DNA of 64,000 nt from assembly GCA_020845635.1 (NCBI GenBank), contig JADLFI010000001.1, forward strand, positions 1,256 through 65,255, written 5' to 3'. The notes under the pieces were generated by a model, which saw only the letters and a list, made by a program, of their open reading frames with translations, was not told the origin of the DNA and did not search any database. Positions 48,979 to 58,878 of this stretch are shown here, in pieces; the stretch's first letter is position 1; each line of letters starts with the position of its first letter. The position numbers and the translations under genes are program-made. The stretch comes from Bacteroidia bacterium (GTDB taxonomy: Bacteria; Bacteroidota; Bacteroidia; UBA4408).

Positions 48979-49821
48979 ATGGATAATAGTATTGATACAT
49001 TTATTAAACAAGCACTCATTGAGGATGTTGGAAACGGTGACTATACCTCTTTGTCGTGCATTGATAATAATCAACAATCAAAAGCCCAACTTTTAGCTAA
49101 AGAAAATGGTATATTATCAGGTGTTGAAATAGCTCAAAGAACTTTTTTTATTGTTGATTCAACACTTGAGATAGAAATTTTAAAAGCTTCGGGCAATACA
49201 GTAAATAAAGGTGATGTAGTATTGACAGTAAGTGGTAATGCACAATCTATATTAAAGGCAGAGCGTTTAGTGCTCAATATTATGCAACGTATGTCGGGGA
49301 TAGCTACTTTTACACACCAAACCTCACAACTAATAGCACATACTAAATGTAAATTATTAGATACCCGCAAAACTACACCCGGATTTCGACTTTTTGAGAA
49401 AATGGCCGTAAAACACGGGGGGGGTGTTAATCACAGATTTGGCTTATACGATATGATAATGATTAAAGATAATCATATTGACTACGCAGGGGGAATAGAA
49501 AATGCCCTGAAGCGAGTAGAAAAATTTTTAAGTGAAAACCAACTGAATTTGAATATAGAAATTGAGACCAGAAATATTAAAGAAGTAGAAGAAGTACTAA
49601 AAAGTAAAGTTACCGTACAGCGCATAATGCTTGATAATTATAGCCCACATCAAATTGTAGAAGCGCTGGCTTTAATTCAAGGGTGTTGCGAAACAGAGGC
49701 CTCAGGAGGAATTAATATTAACACCATAAAAGAATATGCCGAAACGGGTGTTGATTTTATATCTATGGGAGCACTCACACATTCATATAAGAGTTTGGAC
49801 CTTAGCCTTAAAGCCATTTAA
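48979..49821 (+). CDS. nadC: nicotinate-nucleotide diphosphorylase (carboxylating)
   Basis: ALIEDVG.GD.T, ERLVLNIMQRMSGIAT, DTRKTTPG, HRFGLYD, IKDNH, EASGG. Confidence 0.96.
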   Translation: MDNSIDTFIKQALIEDVGNGDYTSLSCIDNNQQSKAQLLAKENGILSGVEIAQRTFFIVDSTLEIEILKASGNTVNKGDVVLTVSGNAQSILKAERLVLNIMQRMSGIATFTHQTSQLIAHTKCKLLDTRKTTPGFRLFEKMAVKHGGGVNHRFGLYDMIMIKDNHIDYAGGIENALKRVEKFLSENQLNLNIEIETRNIKEVEEVLKSKVTVQRIMLDNYSPHQIVEALALIQGCCETEASGGININTIKEYAETGVDFISMGALTHSYKSLDLSLKAI

Positions 49822-49822
49822 T

Positions 49823-50764
49823 ATGCTAAATATCAAAGAATGGAAAAGCAAATTATTAAACAATAAGTTAATAGTACTCTCATTAGCACTGAGTAAGAAA
49901 ATTATTTTGCCGGGTTTTGAAAGAGTTCCCTTGTACTACGTTATTGATTTTTTTATTCAAGGATTAAAAAGTTCTGCCTTGGGCACACAGGCAGCTTCGC
50001 TTTCGTTCAGATTTTTTTTAGCTATTTTTCCCGGACTAATTTTTTTGTTTACACTCATTCCTTATATCCCGGTTCCTGACTTTCAAGAACAATTATTATT
50101 GCTTTTAAAGGGCTTAATGCCCCATGCTGCTTTTGAAGCCACAAGAGATACATTTGAAGATTTAATTAATAATAAACAAGGGGGATTACTCTCATTTGGC
50201 TTCATTTTTGCCCTATATTTGGCTACTGACGGAGTAAATGCCATGATGCAGGGATTTAATCAAAGCAATCATATTGAGGAAAAAAGATCGGGATTTAAAA
50301 TACGTTTAATTTCAATTATGTTGGTGGTAATTATTACCGTTTTAATTACCATTTCTATTGCTATTATTGTTATGAGCAATTGGTTTTCCGACTATTTGCT
50401 CGAACATCAGCTTATCAGTAAAGGAATATCTTATTATGCTTTATTAGCCGGAAAATGGTTAGTATTGTTATGTTTGTTGTTTACGGCTATTTCCTTCCTG
50501 TATTATTTTGGCCCAAGCGGAAAAGTCCATTACAAATTTATCTCGGCAGGAAGTACATTAGCCACTATTTTTATCATTATTGTTTCTTCCGGATTTGCTT
50601 TTTATGTTAATAATTTTGCCAGCTATAATAAACTTTACGGTTCTATTGGTACAATTATAGTGGTTATGCTATTAATAAATTTTAATGTATTTGTTGTTTT
50701 GCTGGGTTACGAACTAAATAAAAGTATTTATTTAGCCAAACAAGAACAAATACCACAAACATAA
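49823..50764 (+). CDS. YihY/virulence factor BrkB family protein
   Basis: A.LSFRFFLAIFP, YNKLYGSIG; start placed at ATG 49823, just after the nadC stop. Confidence 0.88.
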   Translation: MLNIKEWKSKLLNNKLIVLSLALSKKIILPGFERVPLYYVIDFFIQGLKSSALGTQAASLSFRFFLAIFPGLIFLFTLIPYIPVPDFQEQLLLLLKGLMPHAAFEATRDTFEDLINNKQGGLLSFGFIFALYLATDGVNAMMQGFNQSNHIEEKRSGFKIRLISIMLVVIITVLITISIAIIVMSNWFSDYLLEHQLISKGISYYALLAGKWLVLLCLLFTAISFLYYFGPSGKVHYKFISAGSTLATIFIIIVSSGFAFYVNNFASYNKLYGSIGTIIVVMLLINFNVFVVLLGYELNKSIYLAKQEQIPQT

Positions 50765-50792
50765 TTTAACACCTTAGCATTTTTAGCCTTTA

Positions 50793-50800
50793 TAAATTTG
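50793..50800 (+). promoter_or_regulatory. -7 promoter element
   Basis: TAAATTTG 16 nt upstream of ATG 50817. Confidence 0.5.
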
Positions 50801-50816
50801 CACAAAATATACAACC

Positions 50817-51674
50817 ATGAAATATAGTTTAATTCTATTATCTACAATTTTGTTTGCACTGACTGCCTGCAATAACAAACCCGAAAATGAAGGAAACCCA
50901 TTGGCTGATAGCTTAAGCCAAGTAAACGATGGTTTAAAACAAGTAGTAAGTCAAAAAGATTCAAGCATAGAGTCTTTTATTGTTGCTTTTAATGAAATTC
51001 AGGAAAATTTGAATGAGATTAAGGCTAAACAAAAAATGATTAGCAGCAATTCATCTGGAAGTGATGTAAAGAAAAATATGAAAGAGCAAATCATTGAAGA
51101 CATTCAAAGCATCAACTCCTTAATGGAATTAAACAAACAAAAAATTGCTGCTTTACAAGGAAAACTTTCAAAAACAAACGGCAAGGTTGATGAGTTGGAA
51201 AAAATGATAACTTTTTTAAATCAACAATTAGAAGAGAAAGATCTAGAAATTACGGATTTACGAAACCAATTAGAGAGGTTGAATATTGAACTTACCGATT
51301 TAACTGTAAAATATCAGGAAAAGGCAGAAGAAAGCAACAAAAAGACTGAACAACTGAACTCCGCTTATTATGCTATTGGAACCAGTAAAGAACTAAAAGA
51401 AAAGGGTGTATTAACACGCGAAGGCGGATTTATTGGTATCGGAAAATCTAAAAAGCTTTCTGATGATTTAAATAAAAGTTATTTTACTAAAATTGATATT
51501 ACACAAAATAAGAGTTTTGTGATAGGTGCCAAAAAGGCAAAATTAATAACTTCACATCCAACTACCTCATATAAATTTGAAGGAGACAAGAAAAGAGTTG
51601 ATAAACTAATTATCTTAAACCCACAAGAGTTTTGGAGTGTCAGCAAATATATGGTTATATTGGTTGATAATTAA
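50817..51674 (+). CDS. coiled-coil lipoprotein
   Basis: Lipobox LTAC, long heptad region, C-terminal YYAIGT.KEL...GV...GGF.G.G...SHP..SY...FWS.SKY domain. Confidence 0.75.
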   Translation: MKYSLILLSTILFALTACNNKPENEGNPLADSLSQVNDGLKQVVSQKDSSIESFIVAFNEIQENLNEIKAKQKMISSNSSGSDVKKNMKEQIIEDIQSINSLMELNKQKIAALQGKLSKTNGKVDELEKMITFLNQQLEEKDLEITDLRNQLERLNIELTDLTVKYQEKAEESNKKTEQLNSAYYAIGTSKELKEKGVLTREGGFIGIGKSKKLSDDLNKSYFTKIDITQNKSFVIGAKKAKLITSHPTTSYKFEGDKKRVDKLIILNPQEFWSVSKYMVILVDN

Positions 51675-51682
51675 TATTTGTT

Positions 51683-52981
51683 TTATAGGGTATTTAGCAA
51701 ATCGGCCAATCGTTTGGCCTGATGCTCACGGCTAAAGAAGTAAACGTTTTCGGCACTTAAATCGGTTTTTAACTTTATGCCTTTTGTGTATAAATCGTAG
51801 GCATGCTTAAGAAATTCAAAAATTTCTTCTTGGGTGTTAGCTATTTTTCCGCAACCACTTTGTGTAAGTATTTTATCTACCTCACCATTATCACCGGGAG
51901 CTACCATAATATAGGTGCCACTGCTAATGTATTCGTATATTTTACTAGGTATAATGCCATTAAAGCCTTTCCATGCCGGATATAAAAGCAAATGACTTTT
52001 TACTTCTATTTCCAATATTTTGTCTTTTGATGTACGCTCTGTACCTTCAAAGTAATTTTCGTAGCCGGCCATAATATTGGCTATCCTTTGAAATTGGTCT
52101 TTATGAAATGCCAAACCTGGAAATAATAACTTTACATTATCAGTTTTTATATGATTAATAAATTGTATAAAAGCTTGACAAAACAACTCAATTTGTTGGC
52201 CATGATATAATGTCCCAATATAGGTAACCGTAAACTTATCGAAAGGCTTTAAATCCTTGAGATCATCAAATTCACCTAATTCAAATCCATTAGGAATCCA
52301 CTTTCCCGGAACGCCAACCAAATTAGTAAGGTTTTTTAAAATAGGCTCTGAAACCGAGGTTATAGCAGAGGCAGTGCCAACCCACTTTTTTTCAGAGGCT
52401 ACATCAGAGGCCCTGATATATTTGAACATGGTACCACGCGCTATTAAGTCAATCTCAGAAGTAGTCCAGGCATCACGATAATCCGCAATCCATTTAGTAC
52501 CGTATTTTTTGTTTAATTGATATCCAAACTTAAACTGTATGTATGGATTGCCCGAAATAATTACTTTCTTTATATCTCTATTCTTTTTGATAAAATCATC
52601 GGCAAAAGCACCCATATTGTTAAAAGGAATAAACAAATTAGAGTAGCGTTGCATAATAAGTTCTATCATACTCAATGCACGCCTTAGGGTAACAAACTTT
52701 TTGTTTCCGTATTTAGTATATATTCTATCTTTTAAGTTAGGTAAATAGGGTACTAAGTACGATTCATAATTCTCATGCTTTTCATAAAGCACTTCCTTGG
52801 GGGTGGCGTGCGAAAGGTCAGATAAATTTTTAATATTGATATCCCATCTGCGGCTTACTACTATTGGATAATATCCAAACTTATTTAAATGCCTGGCCCA
52901 TGAATTAACTCTTTCGGCAGCGGTTAAATTGCAAGGAGGAAAAAAATAAGATATTAATAATATTCTTTGCATAAACCACAA
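51683..52981 (-). CDS. glycosyltransferase family 4
   Basis: ILLISYFFPP, DYRDAW, IPNGF, TYIGTLY, PSKIYEY. Confidence 0.88.
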   Translation of the reverse strand: MWFMQRILLISYFFPPCNLTAAERVNSWARHLNKFGYYPIVVSRRWDINIKNLSDLSHATPKEVLYEKHENYESYLVPYLPNLKDRIYTKYGNKKFVTLRRALSMIELIMQRYSNLFIPFNNMGAFADDFIKKNRDIKKVIISGNPYIQFKFGYQLNKKYGTKWIADYRDAWTTSEIDLIARGTMFKYIRASDVASEKKWVGTASAITSVSEPILKNLTNLVGVPGKWIPNGFELGEFDDLKDLKPFDKFTVTYIGTLYHGQQIELFCQAFIQFINHIKTDNVKLLFPGLAFHKDQFQRIANIMAGYENYFEGTERTSKDKILEIEVKSHLLLYPAWKGFNGIIPSKIYEYISSGTYIMVAPGDNGEVDKILTQSGCGKIANTQEEIFEFLKHAYDLYTKGIKLKTDLSAENVYFFSREHQAKRLADLLNTL

Positions 52982-53080
52982 ATACTAAAAACGACTAAAG
53001 ATATTAAATAAATAAGTAGCTAATCAACATTTTTTATTAACAGTTAAAATCAGAATTATTCTTACCAAATTGTAATTTTA

Positions 53081-53797
53081 TTAGCTACTGCTTACATTGC
53101 GAACAGGTTGAATTTTGAATGGAGAAAAGTGATATTGAAAACCTAACCCAAAAGTAAAGTAGCTGTTAAATTTACCCATCTGGGGGTAGTAATTAACCGT
53201 GCTATTTAAAACATTGAAATAATAAGGATAAGGATTAAAGGCAATAAACTGGTAATGATAACCCAGATTGATTCCGAATGATAAATTTTCATCAGTAAAC
53301 AAGCTTACATAACCCGTTAGAGCCAATTCATTGAAATGCTGCGATAGTGGGGGATATGGTGTAGTTACAGTATCCGGAACTAAACTTCGTGTGTATTTCC
53401 CAAAAGAACTTAAATAACAAAAATCTATTCCGGCAATCATTCTACCTCCGTTATTATATTCATAACCAACACCGGCCAAAGGCGAAATAATGTGATGCTT
53501 CACTTCAAAAACACTAAGATTGAAATTGCGGCTATTGGCAGTTTTATTTTGCACATAGTGTGTTCCAATTTTTCCATACAATCCCTTTTTTGTATGTACA
53601 TTAAACGATAAATTGGTAGATACTATACCACTGAAAATGTTACGGTAGGCCGGGCTGTTTAGTAAATTAGGAATTGAAAAATTACCCTGAATACTGTATT
53701 TGTTAAGCGGTATTTGAGCATTGGCATTAATACTTCCAATTGAAAACAACAACATAACCACCATAAATTTAATGATGGTTATAAATTGCTTAATCAT
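53081..53797 (-). CDS. putative outer-membrane beta-barrel protein
   Basis: Signal peptide; alternating aromatic strands; C-terminal FTFGLGFQYHF. Confidence 0.6.
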   Translation of the reverse strand: MIKQFITIIKFMVVMLLFSIGSINANAQIPLNKYSIQGNFSIPNLLNSPAYRNIFSGIVSTNLSFNVHTKKGLYGKIGTHYVQNKTANSRNFNLSVFEVKHHIISPLAGVGYEYNNGGRMIAGIDFCYLSSFGKYTRSLVPDTVTTPYPPLSQHFNELALTGYVSLFTDENLSFGINLGYHYQFIAFNPYPYYFNVLNSTVNYYPQMGKFNSYFTFGLGFQYHFSPFKIQPVRNVSSS

Positions 53798-53814
53798 ATA
53801 TAAAAGAATTAAAA

Positions 53815-54636
53815 TTACTTGGCTGATTTTTCAAAATCTTCAATCAATGAAGTAGTTACTCCTGTGCTGGAATAGCCACCATCATGATATAAATTTTGCA
53901 TAGTAACCATTTTGGTTAAATCGCTGAATAGCGTAATACAATAATCAGCACAAGCTTCGGCACTGGCATTGCCTAATGGCGATTGCTTGTCGGCAAAATT
54001 ATAGAAAGTGTCAAAACCTTTAATTCCTGTACCGGCCGTTGTTTTAGTTGGCGACTGCGATACTGAGTTTATACGCACCTTATTTCTTACTCCGTAATGA
54101 TAGCCGAAAGTGCGGCAAATTGATTCAAGTAAAGCTTTAATATCAGCCATATCTGTATAAAAAGGATAGGCTCTTTGTGCTGCTATATAGGTTAGAGCTA
54201 CAACTGAACCCCAATCATTTATCGCATCCATACGGTATGCAACATTCAACATTTTATGAAGAGACAATGCGCTAACATCAATACCTTTATTAAAATAATC
54301 ATAATTTGATTCAGCATAGGAAATACCTTTTCTGATATTAACTGACATCCCTATTGAATGTAATACAAAATCAATTTTACCACCTAAAACTTCCATTGAT
54401 TTACTATAAAGATTTTCAATGTCGGGAATAGAGGTGGCATCGGCCGGAATAATAGTGGCGTTACACTTTTCGGCAAGTTTATTAATTTCACCCATACGCA
54501 TGGCAATGGGGGCATTGGTTAAGGTAAATATAGCTCCTTGCTCATGGGCTTTTTCTGCAACTTTCCAGGCTATTGAATTACTGTCGAGTGCTCCTGTTAT
54601 TATTCCTCTTTTTCCTTTTAGTAGATTATAACTCAT
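53815..54636 (-). CDS. fabI: enoyl-[ACP] reductase
   Basis: LLKGKRGII.GALD..SIAW, HSIGMS, Y..M...KA.LES, VN..SQSP. Confidence 0.92.
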   Translation of the reverse strand: MSYNLLKGKRGIITGALDSNSIAWKVAEKAHEQGAIFTLTNAPIAMRMGEINKLAEKCNATIIPADATSIPDIENLYSKSMEVLGGKIDFVLHSIGMSVNIRKGISYAESNYDYFNKGIDVSALSLHKMLNVAYRMDAINDWGSVVALTYIAAQRAYPFYTDMADIKALLESICRTFGYHYGVRNKVRINSVSQSPTKTTAGTGIKGFDTFYNFADKQSPLGNASAEACADYCITLFSDLTKMVTMQNLYHDGGYSSTGVTTSLIEDFEKSAK

Positions 54637-54984
54637 TGCTTTGTTTTTTATGAATGTTCAAAAATAGCAATTTTTTATTATAGAAGTTCAATCGAAAAAA
54701 TATTAATTAAATATAACCCTAATGAATATTATAACAATACTTAGTAAATACATTAATTCTTTGTAACTCATCATCTAAGACAGAAAATATAACAAAGACT
54801 ATAATTATTATTTGTTACTACACTTTTGAGGGCATTTGCAACAAAAGCAAAATATGCCTTTTGTAAACACTACATAGCTACTCTACGAAAAACTGAAAAT
54901 ATTAATAGTGATTCAAAAAAATTATTTTAATATTTGTTCTTTGTGTAATTTTTTGTTTTTGATAAAATACTTGGTTTTAAAAAT

Positions 54985-54992
54985 TACATTTG
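54985..54992 (+). promoter_or_regulatory. -7 promoter element
   Basis: TACATTTG 17 nt upstream of ATG 55010, supporting that start. Confidence 0.5.
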
Positions 54993-55009
54993 CTGCATAT
55001 TTGTTAAGT

Positions 55010-55522
55010 ATGAATTACTGTTATAGATTACTTTTTATTATAGGAATAATTTTTTCTTTTGGAGTTAATAGAGTTAATGCACAATATAATTTGGTTATTA
55101 CCAATCTTAACTCTAAATCGGAAATAGTTCTTCATAAAAATGAAAGTTTTTATTTTGGTCTTCATAACACACGCGAGAAATTTAAGGGGAAACTTGAACA
55201 TGTAAATGCCAACTCAATTGTTATTGATGGAAAAACATATAATCCTTCCGAAATTCAATGGATAGATTTTAAAGGAAATTCATTAAAAAAAAATAATATA
55301 AAGATTGCTCAGGTGCTTAGTTATTTTGGTGGCGGATTATTAGGTTTTTCAATTTATGAATATACCGAAGTAAAAGATAAAAACACAGCTATAATTGCTG
55401 GTGCTGCCGGAGCTACTTTATTAACCGGAGCCTTGCTCTTTTGGGTGCTCCCAAAACAACCACTATATGATTTTACCACCAAACATTTATTAGAAATTGT
55501 ACCTGAGCAGGAAACAAAATAA
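55010..55522 (+). CDS. hypothetical membrane protein
   Basis: Signal peptide ending NAQ, Sm-like beta region, two C-terminal TM helices. Confidence 0.65.
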   Translation: MNYCYRLLFIIGIIFSFGVNRVNAQYNLVITNLNSKSEIVLHKNESFYFGLHNTREKFKGKLEHVNANSIVIDGKTYNPSEIQWIDFKGNSLKKNNIKIAQVLSYFGGGLLGFSIYEYTEVKDKNTAIIAGAAGATLLTGALLFWVLPKQPLYDFTTKHLLEIVPEQETK

Positions 55523-55574
55523 ATTTAAATACGTATATAGATTATTGTAAGGAAAGTTTACTTAGTTATACGTT

Positions 55575-56213
55575 ATGTCAGAAAAATTTAAGGTATTTAT
55601 ATTAGACGATCATCAAATGTTGATTGATGGTATTAAGTCGTTATTAATAAATAATAACCGTTATCGGGTTATTGGAGAAGAAACAGAAGGTTTTAAAGCT
55701 TTAGAAAAAATAAAAATTTTACAACCCGATATTGTTATTTCTGACATAAATATGCCGGGTATGGGCGGAATAGAATTTACCAAAAGATTGAGAACTTTGA
55801 GTAAAGATATTAAGATTTGTGTTTTATCAATGTATAGCGAAAAATCGGTAATAAGCGAAGTTATAAAAAGCGGAGCAAATGGCTATGTGCTTAAAAATAC
55901 CGGAATGCACGAGTTTGTAGAAGCGCTTGATAAAATTATGAATAATCAGATTTATATTAGTAATAATATAGCGCTGAATTTTATTTTTAATGATGAAGAA
56001 AGTGAGAAACAAATAAATAAAGGCAGCCTAACTGAGCGCGAATTAGAGATATTGCAATTAATGGCTAAAGAACTTTCCAACCAGCAAATAGCCAATACCT
56101 TATTTATAAGCGAAAGAACAGTTGAAACGCATCGTAAAAATATTTTCAGAAAAACCCAAACAAAGACACTTGTTGGCCTAATGAAATACGCTATGGAGTG
56201 TAAAATTATATAA
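55575..56213 (+). CDS. NarL/LuxR-family response regulator
   Basis: DDHQML, SDINMP, LTERELEIL...IA..L.ISERTVETHRKNI. Confidence 0.95.
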   Translation: MSEKFKVFILDDHQMLIDGIKSLLINNNRYRVIGEETEGFKALEKIKILQPDIVISDINMPGMGGIEFTKRLRTLSKDIKICVLSMYSEKSVISEVIKSGANGYVLKNTGMHEFVEALDKIMNNQIYISNNIALNFIFNDEESEKQINKGSLTERELEILQLMAKELSNQQIANTLFISERTVETHRKNIFRKTQTKTLVGLMKYAMECKII

Positions 56214-56214
56214 A

Positions 56215-56727
56215 ATGGTAATTTTTCTGTTAGGATTTATGGGAAGTGGTAAAACCACTTATGGTAAAAAGTTGGCCAAGTCCTTAACATATAATTTCAT
56301 TGACTTGGATATGGCTATTGAGAAAGAAGAAAACGCAAGTATAGCTTTTATCTTTGAAACCAAAGGCGAAGAGTATTTCAGAACTATTGAACATCAAAAG
56401 TTAAAATCGTTGCTTACTCTTAAAAACACTGTTATAGCATGCGGTGGCGGTACTCCATGTTTTTTTAATAATATTGATTTGATGAATAAGTATGGCTTAA
56501 CCGTGTATTTAGAACTTAAGGTTGATATAATATATAGCCGTCTAAAACAAAATAAGGAGCAAAGACCCTTGATAAAACAATTGAAAGAAGATGATTTGCA
56601 CAGTTTTATTCGAAATGAATTAGATAAAAGAAAGGCAGATTATTTAAAATCTGCCTTAGTTGTAGATGGGTTAAATTTAAAAATTAAAAATTTAACCGAG
56701 AAAATAAAAAACTTTATGATTGCTTAA
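56215..56727 (+). CDS. aroK: shikimate kinase
   Basis: GFMGSGKTT, FIDLD, GE..FR, ACGGGTPC, RPL. Confidence 0.94.
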   Translation: MVIFLLGFMGSGKTTYGKKLAKSLTYNFIDLDMAIEKEENASIAFIFETKGEEYFRTIEHQKLKSLLTLKNTVIACGGGTPCFFNNIDLMNKYGLTVYLELKVDIIYSRLKQNKEQRPLIKQLKEDDLHSFIRNELDKRKADYLKSALVVDGLNLKIKNLTEKIKNFMIA

Positions 56728-58781
56728 TTAATCATCATTGATTTAACTATTGTTTGTCCTTTATTATCAGACAATCGGTAAAAATATTTACCAGGTGCAA
56801 AGTTATTTGTATTCAATTCAATTTTATCTGTACCTTTATTTACATTTCTTGAGTAAACCGTTTTTCCGGTAATATCAATCAATTCAAAACTCATGTTCTG
56901 GTTAACATTATCCAATTCAATGCTGGTATTACCACGGCTTGGGTTGGGATAGTTCTGACTCATTTGTGATAATATTTTTCCAATTTCATCTATAGAGGCA
57001 GTTCCCTGATATCCGTAGAACCAATCGTGTGCTCTTTTTAAAATTTCATTAGCGTTAGCGGTATTTAACATTTCCATTCCCGGAGCTATATATACAACCT
57101 TATAATTAGCGGTTTGAGCTCTTATACCACCTACACGTGCACTAGTACCGTATTTAAAAATTACAGTGGCCGAGGTATCTGCCGTGTTTATTTGATCAGG
57201 ATAGAGATAAGTACCACCATAGAAATTATTGATAGTGGCAGTTGCCATATCAGGGAAAATAGCATCGGTAGGTACAGCGTTTAAGGTTGCGTTGGTAGAA
57301 CCACCATCATCTATATAGGTTGCATGCAAATAGTCTTTGTAGAAATTTTGTTTTTCAGGAGTAACATAGGTTGAGGTAGCAGCATCATTAACCTCCCAAC
57401 CAATGTCCTGACCTGCAATAAATAAATTACCGCCATTATCCATAAAGTTTTGCAGGGCAGCAACTACCTCATTGGTTAAGCCAGGAAAAGTCCATCCGGC
57501 ATTGTAATACACATTTTTTATGCCTGTAAAAGCAGCGTTATTAATAGCTTTGTAAAGCACAATTTCATTGGTAGAGGCGTATCCCTGATTGTTGGCAGCA
57601 ATTAAACCATTGGTATAAACTGTACCCCAATTTGATGCATTACCTTGTGTAACCCCATCACCAATAAACCCGGTATTGTTCACAATTAAATCGGTTACAC
57701 CTGAAATAACATAAACTTTTTTAGACATTAAAGGAGTACCCGGGTTAGTTGCAGAGCTTACGCTTAGCGTATAAGTAGCTACACCACGAGTATTTCCAGG
57801 AGTAACATTGATCGTAATATTATTTGTAATTCCGGCAGCAACTGTTATGGTAGCAGTGCTTGTATAATTATTGGAATTTATAGAGAATTCAGCATTCCAA
57901 TCAGATGGAGCGTCACTCGTTAGGGTATAAATAAAATCTTCATCTGAGTTTCCTGTATTGCCTGAACTTAAACTAAAAGAGGTATTGGTATTGGCGGGTA
58001 CATTTGTAACTTCAACAGTTGGCGATGATAAGGAATAGTTAATAATAGGATCGGAAGTACTTCCTGAATTTAAAATCTCTTTGGTGCTGCTATTTTGTAA
58101 GAATGAAACTACTTTGACATTAGCCGCAACCCAGTTTGGGTCAACATTATAGGTGTAGGTAAAAGTTACCGAACTACCTATAGCCGGAATGGTTATACTT
58201 TCTCCTGAATCATTAGGGTACATTTTTCTAAAAACATTAGGAAAATGGGTTTCACCATTATTTCCCGGAGGGCTTGAATAATCTCTTGGGTTTTCAATTA
58301 CCGCAGTATATAATTTATAATTACCTGTAGGTACGTTTCCAACGGTTTTAACCACTACGGTTACATCACGAGTAGCACCATTGTCAACTTCTGAAACTTC
58401 AACTTTTACAGGGCTTCCCATAGAGAATACAGCATCAACATCAGCTTGTGTCATACTTCCCGGGGAACCACTTTTGTAATTTCCGCCTAAGAATATGGTA
58501 GGAACACCGTTAACACCGTAGTAATTTACCCTTGTTGATACTTCGGTAGGGTTAGCAGCATTCATCTCGTCAACCCCCGGCCATGAGGTATGATAAGCTA
58601 TATGTTTCACAATCTGAGGGTTGGGAGTAAGTATTCCATTTTCAAAAGCAGGGTTTTGTTGTGCGCAAGGACCACAACTAGCCTGAGTAAAGTGCTCAAA
58701 CAATGCAAATCGAGGAGCTTGAGCATAAGATAGGAAAGTAGTAAACAAGCCACATATTAGTAGTAGATTTCTTTTTTTCAT
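56724..58781 (-). CDS. Omp28-related thioredoxin-like protein with T9SS type A CTD
   Basis: EHFTQASCGPC, YHTSWPG.D.M, R..YYGV.GVP; CTD QNYPNP...L.DITGK...G.YFY; start at ATG 58781 supported by TACATTTG at 58805-58812. Confidence 0.85.
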   Translation of the reverse strand: MKKRNLLLICGLFTTFLSYAQAPRFALFEHFTQASCGPCAQQNPAFENGILTPNPQIVKHIAYHTSWPGVDEMNAANPTEVSTRVNYYGVNGVPTIFLGGNYKSGSPGSMTQADVDAVFSMGSPVKVEVSEVDNGATRDVTVVVKTVGNVPTGNYKLYTAVIENPRDYSSPPGNNGETHFPNVFRKMYPNDSGESITIPAIGSSVTFTYTYNVDPNWVAANVKVVSFLQNSSTKEILNSGSTSDPIINYSLSSPTVEVTNVPANTNTSFSLSSGNTGNSDEDFIYTLTSDAPSDWNAEFSINSNNYTSTATITVAAGITNNITINVTPGNTRGVATYTLSVSSATNPGTPLMSKKVYVISGVTDLIVNNTGFIGDGVTQGNASNWGTVYTNGLIAANNQGYASTNEIVLYKAINNAAFTGIKNVYYNAGWTFPGLTNEVVAALQNFMDNGGNLFIAGQDIGWEVNDAATSTYVTPEKQNFYKDYLHATYIDDGGSTNATLNAVPTDAIFPDMATATINNFYGGTYLYPDQINTADTSATVIFKYGTSARVGGIRAQTANYKVVYIAPGMEMLNTANANEILKRAHDWFYGYQGTASIDEIGKILSQMSQNYPNPSRGNTSIELDNVNQNMSFELIDITGKTVYSRNVNKGTDKIELNTNNFAPGKYFYRLSDNKGQTIVKSMMIN

Positions 58782-58878
58782 TTTACTTTTTTTTGGTTTA
58801 TATACAAATGTAAAAAAGTATTTACATAATATCATAAAAAATGTTTTTATTCAGGTAATTTAATATAAATTTACCGAA

